Virus record (IMG/VR): IMGVR_UViG_3300042893_000684
Coordinates: 1-64,000 of that record
Strand: one strand, 5' to 3'
Length of the DNA: 64,000 nt
Source of the DNA: a virus
The notes beneath the pieces were generated by a model, which was not told the origin of the DNA, ran no database searches, and worked only from the letters and a program-made list of their open reading frames with translations. This document shows positions 8,078 to 16,078 of the stretch, piece after piece. The first letter of the stretch is position 1, and the number at the start of each line of letters is the position of its first letter. The position numbers were made by a program, and so were the translations under genes.

Positions 8078-8145
8078 AAGTAGTACAATGTAATTGGGGT
8101 AAAACCCAAATTCCTGGGCACAACGCCCAGAAATAGGAGGATCTA

Positions 8146-8370
8146 ATGAAACAAGATCTAAACAATGATGGAAAGGTAACTATGCAAGAGAAAATTCTAG
8201 CAGCGTTGGCAAGCTATGGTCGTCACTTTTTGGGTGCAGCCATTGCTCTTTACATGACTGGTAACACTGACCCAGGAGACTTACTCAAGGGCGGAATCGC
8301 AGCATGTCTGCCAGTTATTTTGAAGGCACTTAATCCAAACGAAAGCTCATTTGGGTTTACAAAGAAGTAA
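8146..8370 (+). CDS. Putative holin
   Basis: 74 aa with two hydrophobic helices, ASY.R.F..A and LNP...FG motifs, basic C-terminus. Confidence 0.6.
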   Translation: MKQDLNNDGKVTMQEKILAALASYGRHFLGAAIALYMTGNTDPGDLLKGGIAACLPVILKALNPNESSFGFTKK

Positions 8371-8392
8371 AAATTTAATATAGATTAGGAGT

Positions 8393-8426
8393 GCCCTTAT
8401 GGTAAAATATCCATAAGGGCTTTTCT
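8393..8426 (+). terminator. Intrinsic terminator with a -10 element in its loop
   Basis: GCCCTTATGG-TAAAATAT-CCATAAGGGC followed by TTTTCT. Confidence 0.7.
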
Positions 8427-8440
8427 AATTAGGGGTAACC

Positions 8441-8788
8441 GTGGCAGCGCAAAAAAACTTTGAAGTTGATCAAAATACTACTTTTTCATTTGTTATTGAC
8501 TATACCGATAACAATGACTTGCCCATAAACCTTTCTGGAGCTACCGCAAAAATGCAGGTTAGAGATACAAAGGGCGGATCTAAATTATCATTTACTTTGA
8601 CTTCACCAGCTGGCGGAATTACAATTAACGGACCACTTGGCAGAGTTACATGCACAATGACACCTGCTCAAACAAGCAAACTATTTCACCCAAAATCTTC
8701 CTACGACATAATGATTACAGATAGCAATAATACAAAAACAAAACTTGTTGAGGGCTTTTTAACTCTAAGTAGATCGGTAACCATCTAA
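8441..8788 (+). CDS. Virion structural protein (BppU-N-like Ig fold)
   Basis: DQ.TTF....P.NL.G.TA.MQVR...YD.......LVEG pattern; GTG start. Confidence 0.6.
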   Translation: MAAQKNFEVDQNTTFSFVIDYTDNNDLPINLSGATAKMQVRDTKGGSKLSFTLTSPAGGITINGPLGRVTCTMTPAQTSKLFHPKSSYDIMITDSNNTKTKLVEGFLTLSRSVTI

Positions 8789-9240
8789 TGGCAGAAAATA
8801 TTGTAAAGATTACGGAACAGATAAACAAGGTTGTTCTTTCATCTCCAGGCCCTCAAGGACCTAGAGGAAAATCTATACTTAGTGGACCATCTGCCCCACT
8901 AGACAGCGTTGGAATTGAAGGAGACTTTTACTTCAATACAACAACAAATGAATTTTACGGACCAAAGCTATCAATCACCACTTGGAGCGGGGCCAACAAG
9001 ATTGATCTTGCTACCAAAGACGATATCGCTTTTGTTTACTCCTGGGAAATGTCTCAGGTTCAAGGCCCAGTAGATGGGGTATATTCTGTGGTAATAAATC
9101 ATAATTTAGGATTTGGTCCCAATGTAACCGTAATATCTAGCGCAGGCGACGTATTGGAAACAGGAATAGATTATAATAGTCTTAATAGATTAACACTGAC
9201 GATGGCCCAACCATTTTCAGGGACAGCGCATCTGTCGTAA
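8788..9240 (+). CDS. Fibre-associated structural protein
   Basis: GPQGPRG, G...P....G..GDFY, and HNLG..P.V motifs. Confidence 0.6.
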   Translation: MAENIVKITEQINKVVLSSPGPQGPRGKSILSGPSAPLDSVGIEGDFYFNTTTNEFYGPKLSITTWSGANKIDLATKDDIAFVYSWEMSQVQGPVDGVYSVVINHNLGFGPNVTVISSAGDVLETGIDYNSLNRLTLTMAQPFSGTAHLS

Positions 9241-9252
9241 AGGAGAAAGAAA

Positions 9253-10659
9253 ATGGCAAAAAAATTCTTAGTTAGTTTAGATCTCAATAAAAATGAGTTA
9301 CTAAATGCTAGAATCCAAAACTTAGGTGCTGCTCCATCCAACCCAGTATCTGGACAGATTTACTATGACACATCTAATAATACAATGTATTATTACAATG
9401 GACTCACATCACCAAATGGCCCATGGATGCCGATGTCTGGATCCACAGAGGTTATTCAAGATGTAATTGGCTCTTCGGTAGTAGCTGGAACAGCGTTAAC
9501 AGCAACATATGACGACACAGCGGGCACAACAACATTAAAGCTTAATGATACAGCTGTAACACCTGGATCATACGGATCAGCAACAGCAATTCCTACATTT
9601 ACAGTAGATGCACAAGGACGCTTAACTGCAGCAGGAACAGCAAACGTAGCAACAAACCTTTCGATAGCTGGAGACACTGGAACAGATACAGTTAATCTTT
9701 TAACTGATACATTAACAGTTGCAGGCGGAGAAGGAATTGACGTAGCTGTAACAAATAACACAATTACGGTATCAGCAGAAGACGCAACCTCAACAAATAA
9801 GGGTGTTGCAAGTTTTGATTCAACAGACTTTACGGTAGCGTCAGGCGCAGTAACATTAAACGCTGAGCGTGTACAAGACATTGTCGGAGGAATGGTTGAC
9901 TCTAATACAGAGTCTGGAATTTCAGTAACATATGACGATGTAAATGGAAAATTAGACTTTAACGTAGCAGATCCTACAATTACTCTTTCAGGAGATGTAA
10001 CTGGTACAGGAACAATAACAAATCTTGGTGATGTAACAATCACAACTACAGTTGCACCAAACTCTGTAGCTTTAGGTTCAGATACAACAGGCGACTATGT
10101 AGCAAACATTCAGGGAACAGCTAATGAAGTAACAGTAAGCCCTACATCAGGTGAAGGCACAACAGTAACAATCGGTCTTCCAGATAATGTAACAATTACT
10201 AATGATTTAAATGTTGGCGGAGACCTAAACGTAACAGGAACAATTAACTCAGTAAATACTACTCAAGTAAATATTGTTGATAATAAGATTAATTTAAATA
10301 CCGACTTTATTGGAATTCCTTTAGCAGATGCTGGAATTCGTGTAGAGCGTGGAGATGGTGCAGATGTTGAAATTCTGTGGAATGAAACAAGCGACAACTG
10401 GACACTCACAAATAATGGTACAAACTACCATGCAATTGCTCGCAAGTATGCAGTAGATCTTGCAAATCCAGATACATTAACAGCTTTAGTTGTTACACAT
10501 AATTTGGGATCAGATGACGTTACTGTTCAAGTTTTTGAAACATCAGGATCTAAGGCTCTTGTTGAAACAGATGTTGAGCGTACATCATCAAATACAGTTA
10601 CATTAAAATTTGCATCAGCCCCTGCAAGTGGAGCATACAGAGTCGTAATTACTGGTTAA
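9253..10659 (+). CDS. Tail fibre or structural protein
   Basis: TVDAQGRLTAA, QD.V...TYDD repeats, AGIRVERG, THNLG. Confidence 0.65.
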   Translation: MAKKFLVSLDLNKNELLNARIQNLGAAPSNPVSGQIYYDTSNNTMYYYNGLTSPNGPWMPMSGSTEVIQDVIGSSVVAGTALTATYDDTAGTTTLKLNDTAVTPGSYGSATAIPTFTVDAQGRLTAAGTANVATNLSIAGDTGTDTVNLLTDTLTVAGGEGIDVAVTNNTITVSAEDATSTNKGVASFDSTDFTVASGAVTLNAERVQDIVGGMVDSNTESGISVTYDDVNGKLDFNVADPTITLSGDVTGTGTITNLGDVTITTTVAPNSVALGSDTTGDYVANIQGTANEVTVSPTSGEGTTVTIGLPDNVTITNDLNVGGDLNVTGTINSVNTTQVNIVDNKINLNTDFIGIPLADAGIRVERGDGADVEILWNETSDNWTLTNNGTNYHAIARKYAVDLANPDTLTALVVTHNLGSDDVTVQVFETSGSKALVETDVERTSSNTVTLKFASAPASGAYRVVITG

Positions 10660-10670
10660 GGAGACACTGA

Positions 10671-10970
10671 ATGTCAGTTAAAAGATTAGTTCCATTAAAT
10701 ACAACAGAATTATCTTCTGACCCGTCAGTAGCAAGAGCTGGAGATATTTATTTTAACAGTTCTGCTCAGGAACTTCGTGTATACACAGGAACAGAGTGGA
10801 AGCCAATCGGTGGAAGCACAGAAACTGGCTTGCTTATTCATGAGCACACATATGATGGAGAAATTTATTCGGTTCAAGCAGTTACAACTGCCGCAACTTT
10901 TGTAGATGGCGGAACACCACAGCTAAGTGGTCAAACAGAGCTTAACATAGTCGACGGAGGAGCACCATAA
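10671..10970 (+). CDS. Small fibre-associated protein
   Basis: GDIYFN...L.VY.G..W; C-terminal DGG motifs. Confidence 0.55.
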   Translation: MSVKRLVPLNTTELSSDPSVARAGDIYFNSSAQELRVYTGTEWKPIGGSTETGLLIHEHTYDGEIYSVQAVTTAATFVDGGTPQLSGQTELNIVDGGAP

Positions 10971-12070
10971 TGGCAGTTAGTATAAGAATTAGAAGAGGTA
11001 CTACAGCTCAATGGAATGCATCTACAAATGTTCTTGCAGCTGGAGAAATTGCATTAGATACAACTCTAGGTAAAATAAAAGTTGGAAATGGATCTTCTTT
11101 GTGGGGAGCTCTTCCATTTTTTAGTATAGCCCCTTCAGAACTCTTAAGTTTAACTCAAGCAAATATTGCCGATACAGTATTGGACGGAACTGGCTTAGAT
11201 AAATCTTTTGACTCAGTTGCTGGAAAGCTAACATTATCTGTAGATAGCACTATTGCAAATAAAACATATGTAGATACAGCTGTTTCTTCTTTAAGCGGAA
11301 CTGCTGCACAGACATACATTCCACTAAGTCAATATGGAAACGCAGACGGAGTTGCCACTCTTGATGAAAATGGCAAAATCCCAGATTCTGAAATTCCAGC
11401 CACAATTACAAGAGACACAGAGCTGTCTTCAGCAATTTCTACAGAAGTAACAAATAGAAATACAGCAATTTCAACTGCAATATCTAATCTTGTAGATTCA
11501 GCCCCTGGAACCCTAGATACATTAAATGAGATTGCAGCAGCATTTGCAGACGATCCTAATTTTGCTACAAGCATAACAACAACAATAGGAAACAAGCTAG
11601 ACTCTTCCCTAGCAGCAACAACATATGCCCCTATAGCATCACCAACTTTTACAGGAACTGTAGGTGGTGTTACAAAAGCCCACGTTGGTCTTGGAAATGT
11701 CGATAATACTTCAGATGCAAATAAGCCAATCTCAACTTTAACTCAAACAGCTTTAGATACTAAAATAAATGAAATTATTGAATTTAATTCACAAAGTGGA
11801 AATTATACCTTGCAATCTACAGACACAGGTAAGCTTGTAGAAATGTCAGGCGGCGGAACCTTGACAATACCTTCTGACGCAGTGTATAATTTTCCAATAG
11901 GCACATCAATAGAAATTTTACAAACAGGAACCTCACAGGTTACTATAGCTGGAACAGGATTTACACCAAATTCTACACCAGGTCTCAAGCTTAGAACACA
12001 GTGGTCAAGCGCATCGGTATTAAAGAGAGGTAGTAACAGCTGGGTCGTATTGGGTGACCTAGCAGTATAA
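10970..12070 (+). CDS. Tail fibre with Mtd/hyaluronidase-type N-terminal domain
   Basis: IRRGT..QW...VLA.GE...D....K.G.G...W..LP; APGTLDTLNEIAAA..DDPNF; VGLGNVDNTSD.NKP.S. Confidence 0.75.
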   Translation: MAVSIRIRRGTTAQWNASTNVLAAGEIALDTTLGKIKVGNGSSLWGALPFFSIAPSELLSLTQANIADTVLDGTGLDKSFDSVAGKLTLSVDSTIANKTYVDTAVSSLSGTAAQTYIPLSQYGNADGVATLDENGKIPDSEIPATITRDTELSSAISTEVTNRNTAISTAISNLVDSAPGTLDTLNEIAAAFADDPNFATSITTTIGNKLDSSLAATTYAPIASPTFTGTVGGVTKAHVGLGNVDNTSDANKPISTLTQTALDTKINEIIEFNSQSGNYTLQSTDTGKLVEMSGGGTLTIPSDAVYNFPIGTSIEILQTGTSQVTIAGTGFTPNSTPGLKLRTQWSSASVLKRGSNSWVVLGDLAV

Positions 12071-12076
12071 TAAAAA

Positions 12077-13201
12077 ATGCTTAGAAGATTTTTTGGCCGA
12101 TTTGGCAGAAGAAAAGTTAGCGTTCCGTCACTAGTTAATTTAAGTAAGGCTCAAGCTGAATCTGCACTTGCTGCAAAAGGTTTAAATTATAATCAAACAT
12201 CAACTGCTACATCAACATCTGCATTAAATTTAACTGTATTGTCTCAAGGAACTCCAGCAGATACTATTGTGCCAATTGGTACATCAATTGATTTTAATTA
12301 TTATAATTATGTTGCCCCACCTTCATTTGGTCCTTCTTTTGTTCCTAGCCCACCACAGAATTCATCTGTATCTAGCTCAAGTTGGAATGGATCTACAGTA
12401 ACAATCAATGGAACATTTAATACTTTTCCTACAAACATTGCTGTAAACGGAAGCAACATTGGAAGCTGGACCCCAAGTTCAAACCAAATAACATTTTCTT
12501 TAAGCGGATCAGGAAGCAGAACTATTCAGATCTATAACGGAAGAGTTCCACTTATTCCAGAGTTTAGTATTTCATATAATCCAAATCCAGGATTTAATCC
12601 AGGTCCAGTGTTTAATCCAGGTCCAATATTTAATCCAAATCCAATATTTAATCCAGGTCCACAATTTACTCCAGCACCACCTATCTTTTGGTCTACTCCA
12701 TTATTTTTTGGACCTCCTTCTTTTAAAAGTGTTGGTGTTTCAACATTAGTAAGAACTCCAAATGGCCTTGTTAAAGCAGACGATTTACAAGTAGGAGACA
12801 TTCTATTATCAGCAGATATAGAAGGTTTTATAAATTCTCCACAGGAAAACTCAACTCAGATTGCACTCGCATGGTCAGATACAAATCCAAATATAAATAT
12901 TACAGAGACTACAATCGTTTCTATAAATAAAAAAATGTCAGATGGCGCAGTAGTTATTAACAGTGATATTTTTTCAAACTACCACTATATTCTAATTAAA
13001 AGAGACGGTGTTGCAAAGTTTGTATCTTCAGTAGATGTTTTAAATACAGACCTTGTATACTCTTATGCTGATCAGACGTGGGAAGAAATAACAACCCTAG
13101 AATCTGTTCCAATTGTTCATGAGGTTGTTTCCATTAACTGTGAGCCATACGATATGTTCTTTACAGAAAAGATATTAACCCATGACTCAACAGCAATTTA
13201 A
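12077..13201 (+). CDS. PASTA + Ig-like + Pro/Phe hexapeptide repeats + C-terminal Hint (intein-like) domain protein
   Basis: VPSLVNLS...A...L...GL (PASTA); Hint block A SVGVSTLVRTPNG..KADDLQVGD, block B SNYH, terminal V.SI..EP...FF...ILTHD. Confidence 0.75.
   Translation: MLRRFFGRFGRRKVSVPSLVNLSKAQAESALAAKGLNYNQTSTATSTSALNLTVLSQGTPADTIVPIGTSIDFNYYNYVAPPSFGPSFVPSPPQNSSVSSSSWNGSTVTINGTFNTFPTNIAVNGSNIGSWTPSSNQITFSLSGSGSRTIQIYNGRVPLIPEFSISYNPNPGFNPGPVFNPGPIFNPNPIFNPGPQFTPAPPIFWSTPLFFGPPSFKSVGVSTLVRTPNGLVKADDLQVGDILLSADIEGFINSPQENSTQIALAWSDTNPNINITETTIVSINKKMSDGAVVINSDIFSNYHYILIKRDGVAKFVSSVDVLNTDLVYSYADQTWEEITTLESVPIVHEVVSINCEPYDMFFTEKILTHDSTAI
12575..12682 (+). repeat. Six 18-nt tandem repeats encoding (F/Y)NP(G/N)Px
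   Basis: TTTAATCCAGGTCCA-type units directly visible. Confidence 0.85.
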
Positions 13202-13724
13202 TGTTATTGGCTTTGACTCTGTAGATAATAAATCTATCCCAATTTTTTCAAAATTCCCCGACGAGTTTAACGGAGCCTGGGCTCATATAACACCAATTAA
13301 TAATGGGAAAATAAGTTATCTTTCTACATTTTATTTTAACGACCAACACCCTTCTGGGACGGTAATAGTTTCTGATTTTATTTTAAACTCTTATCCAGAT
13401 ATGTATAATACTTTTTATTTAGACGGCTTGGCAGAAAAAGTCTACGTTTCACCAAAATTAAGACGGAACGGCTTTGTTGGTATATCAGCACTGCTACTAA
13501 GAAGAATTTTTTACTCTTATTTAAAAGGATTTATAGTTGACGGAAGTAAAGATAGAGCCCCATTTATAGAAAAAGCTTATATAAAAACAAAAAATATTTT
13601 AAATGAAAGAATAGAAGCAAACGTACCAGAATCTGCTGTTTCAGTATATAATACTGAGCCAGAAAGAGATGCAGTTTATCCGCATATTTGGTATAATCAA
13701 AGAATAGGAGGAGTAAATGAGTAA
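13182..13724 (+). CDS. GNAT-like acyltransferase (tentative)
   Basis: VYVSPKLRRNG resembles the acetyl-CoA-binding motif A. Confidence 0.45.
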   Translation: MTQQQFNVIGFDSVDNKSIPIFSKFPDEFNGAWAHITPINNGKISYLSTFYFNDQHPSGTVIVSDFILNSYPDMYNTFYLDGLAEKVYVSPKLRRNGFVGISALLLRRIFYSYLKGFIVDGSKDRAPFIEKAYIKTKNILNERIEANVPESAVSVYNTEPERDAVYPHIWYNQRIGGVNE

Positions 13725-14241
13725 TTTATTAAATAGAATTTTTGACGCTTGTATTTATTCAAGCCAATTTAATGAAAGAGAAGATCTGCTTGCAATTTTA
13801 AATAATCCAAATGAGGTTGTATGGGAAGAAAGAATTGGCTCGTATATGGAAGGCATAAAAACGTCACTGGACATTAATAACTTTGCTGTGCTAAATAGAC
13901 ATTTACAGTCTTCAAACGTAACAAATTTAATGGAGTTTGCAAAAGAAAAAAATATTAATTATAAATGGCTACACGAAAATGATTTTATAAAAATAGGCAA
14001 GGATGCTGAATATTTACAAAGCTTTACTAATGAGTTTACAAAAGACACTGTAAGTGTAATATATGTATTAAAAAACACTAACATGTCTGGATCTATTAGC
14101 TTTAAAGATAAAGAAACTACAATTCATCCAGAAGAGGGGTCTTGTATAATTCTTTCATCATCGCCCGAATATAAATACGTTGTAACAAATTCCGAAGACA
14201 ACGATTTTATCCTAGCAATAGCCTATAATGAAAAAGTTTGA
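13717..14241 (+). CDS. Degenerate 2OG-Fe(II) oxygenase-fold protein
   Basis: VSVIYVL....SG.ISF....I.P..G....SS...Y.Y.V aligns with the P4H core but lacks HxD and the distal His. Confidence 0.5.
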   Translation: MSNLLNRIFDACIYSSQFNEREDLLAILNNPNEVVWEERIGSYMEGIKTSLDINNFAVLNRHLQSSNVTNLMEFAKEKNINYKWLHENDFIKIGKDAEYLQSFTNEFTKDTVSVIYVLKNTNMSGSISFKDKETTIHPEEGSCIILSSSPEYKYVVTNSEDNDFILAIAYNEKV

Positions 14242-14779
14242 TCCTAAAGTAGTATCTAATGTATTTGAAGAACCATTTTTTGAATACATTAAGAATTATT
14301 TTGAAAATCATCCACAATTAAGAAGCATACCTTACGACTATTATGGAAGCAAAAGAATGGACTCTTTTGACGACTCCGTAATTCTTGAATGTTTAAATAA
14401 GCTTACAGACTTTGCAAGACATCATTTTGGTAAGCCAGACATTCTTCCAACGTATGCAGTTTTTTCAGAATATTCTAGCGGAGCGGCGCAGCTAGATGAA
14501 CACCTAGATATTGGCCCATGTACATACACAGTAGATCTAGGTCTATATCAAAAAACTCCATGGGGGCTATTTATAGAAGGAAATGAATACAGCTTTGATG
14601 AAAATGAAGCAGTATTATTTTTAGCAAATGATCAAAAGCATTGGAAGGGCCCTTTCCCAGATCCAGAGTTTAACAAGGTTGGAATCATGCTACTTCACTG
14701 GGTAGATCCAGACCACCCATGGCTAAAGATTCCAAGAGAGGCTCAGAGGGTTCTAAGAAAAAGAGTTTCTGTAGTATGA
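14228..14779 (+). CDS. 2OG-Fe(II) oxygenase
   Basis: Y..GA.L.EHLD..C.Y..L.L....W......HW..P. Confidence 0.75.
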   Translation: MKKFDPKVVSNVFEEPFFEYIKNYFENHPQLRSIPYDYYGSKRMDSFDDSVILECLNKLTDFARHHFGKPDILPTYAVFSEYSSGAAQLDEHLDIGPCTYTVDLGLYQKTPWGLFIEGNEYSFDENEAVLFLANDQKHWKGPFPDPEFNKVGIMLLHWVDPDHPWLKIPREAQRVLRKRVSVV

Positions 14780-15357
14780 TTAAGCAAAATAAAAATCAAA
14801 ATGTTTTGTATAGGCTTAATAGAGAGATTAAAATTACTTTAGGAAATTTTGATCACAAAGGGATTTATGAAAAAATAAATAAAGAATTTAATAAAAAAAA
14901 TATTGTCTACAGGTTCCCAGAAGAAACAAAAATAGAAGTTCCCATATACTCTGATAATAATAAAAATGTTTTTTTTATTTATGATGAAAAAATACATGGC
15001 CTTCTTATATATCTAGTGTCTTTAATTAAAATAGCATGCAAAGAGCATGATCTTGATTTTGATAAAAATAAGTATTTTTTATCTTCAAGCCTGATAGAGG
15101 GGATAGATACTTCTTGTTGGTATGATACAGGCGGGATGTCTAAACCAGCACTTTTTGGAATAATGTCACTTGATACAGAATTAAAAGAAATAGAGATATC
15201 GGGGGTATTGAAAAAGATTTCCCCAGGTGATATAATAATATCAGAAGCAGGCAATAAGATAAAGTACTCTAGTCAAATAAAAGGAATACTTTTTAACATA
15301 GCCCCACTATCGATGATAGAAAAACAGTACCCGCATACGTGGATACCAATACTATAA
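14776..15357 (+). CDS. Hypothetical protein, possibly degenerate DSBH/oxygenase fold
   Basis: Start reassigned to the ATGA overlap at 14776; WYD...FG..SL...PGDII pattern. Confidence 0.45.
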   Translation: MIKQNKNQNVLYRLNREIKITLGNFDHKGIYEKINKEFNKKNIVYRFPEETKIEVPIYSDNNKNVFFIYDEKIHGLLIYLVSLIKIACKEHDLDFDKNKYFLSSSLIEGIDTSCWYDTGGMSKPALFGIMSLDTELKEIEISGVLKKISPGDIIISEAGNKIKYSSQIKGILFNIAPLSMIEKQYPHTWIPIL

Positions 15358-15367
15358 AAGGATAAAG

Positions 15368-16027
15368 ATGATAATCGAAAACCCAGCAAAAGGTATTTAT
15401 ATATATAGAAATGCTTTACCAGAATCTATGGGAATCCCACAAAAAATAGAAAACGCTCTGGGCGATGGTAAAAGCGTATTCTTTAAATGGTCAGAAGCGC
15501 TTGTAGGAGACTTCCAAAAAATAAAAGACTATAGGGATTGTGTTGACTTTAAAGTAAGAAGAGATGCGCTAAAAGCTGGTGATCCAAAAGCAGATGAAGT
15601 AGCTGCTATTCATGATCAAATAACAGAAAAATTAAACGAATGTCTAGATCATTACGTTGAGACTTTTAGAATGAATCCCCTAGGCTACATGGAAGCTATT
15701 AACTTTGTAAAATACGGGCCAGGCCAGCATTTTCAAGTTCATCCAGATAGTGGCCCAACCTATCATTGTGACGTTTCTACAGTAATGTACTTGAATGATG
15801 ACTATGAGGGTGGAGAACTAATGTTCCCTCATTTTGAATACACATACAAGCCAGAGTACGGAGACATTGTTCTATTCCCGTCTAACTTTCTTTATTCCCA
15901 TGCAGCTTTGCCAGTAAAATCGGGGACAAAGTATTCTGCGGTAACGATGTTTTCATACAATGACAGAACCCATAAAGACCATATCAATCCTTCAGGCAAA
16001 CTTCAGGGAAGATCAAGGTTTTTATAG
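15368..16027 (+). CDS. Prolyl-4-hydroxylase-like 2OG-Fe(II) oxygenase
   Basis: KY.PGQHF..HPD...S..MYLNDDYEGGEL.FP...FPSN..YSH...PV.SG.KY. Confidence 0.88.
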   Translation: MIIENPAKGIYIYRNALPESMGIPQKIENALGDGKSVFFKWSEALVGDFQKIKDYRDCVDFKVRRDALKAGDPKADEVAAIHDQITEKLNECLDHYVETFRMNPLGYMEAINFVKYGPGQHFQVHPDSGPTYHCDVSTVMYLNDDYEGGELMFPHFEYTYKPEYGDIVLFPSNFLYSHAALPVKSGTKYSAVTMFSYNDRTHKDHINPSGKLQGRSRFL

Positions 16028-16078
16028 CCCATACCTTTAGATGCTTATGATGTATAATTGTGTAAGAGGTGAACACTA

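Noticed and set aside
10970-12070. Mtd-like N-terminus suggesting a diversity-generating retroelement
   Set aside because: I saw no reverse transcriptase and no template/variable repeat pair differing at adenines; this N-terminal domain is common in ordinary fibres.
12575-12682. Tandem repeats as a possible mini-CRISPR array
   Set aside because: They are 18-nt in-frame coding repeats without unique spacers, and no cas genes are present.
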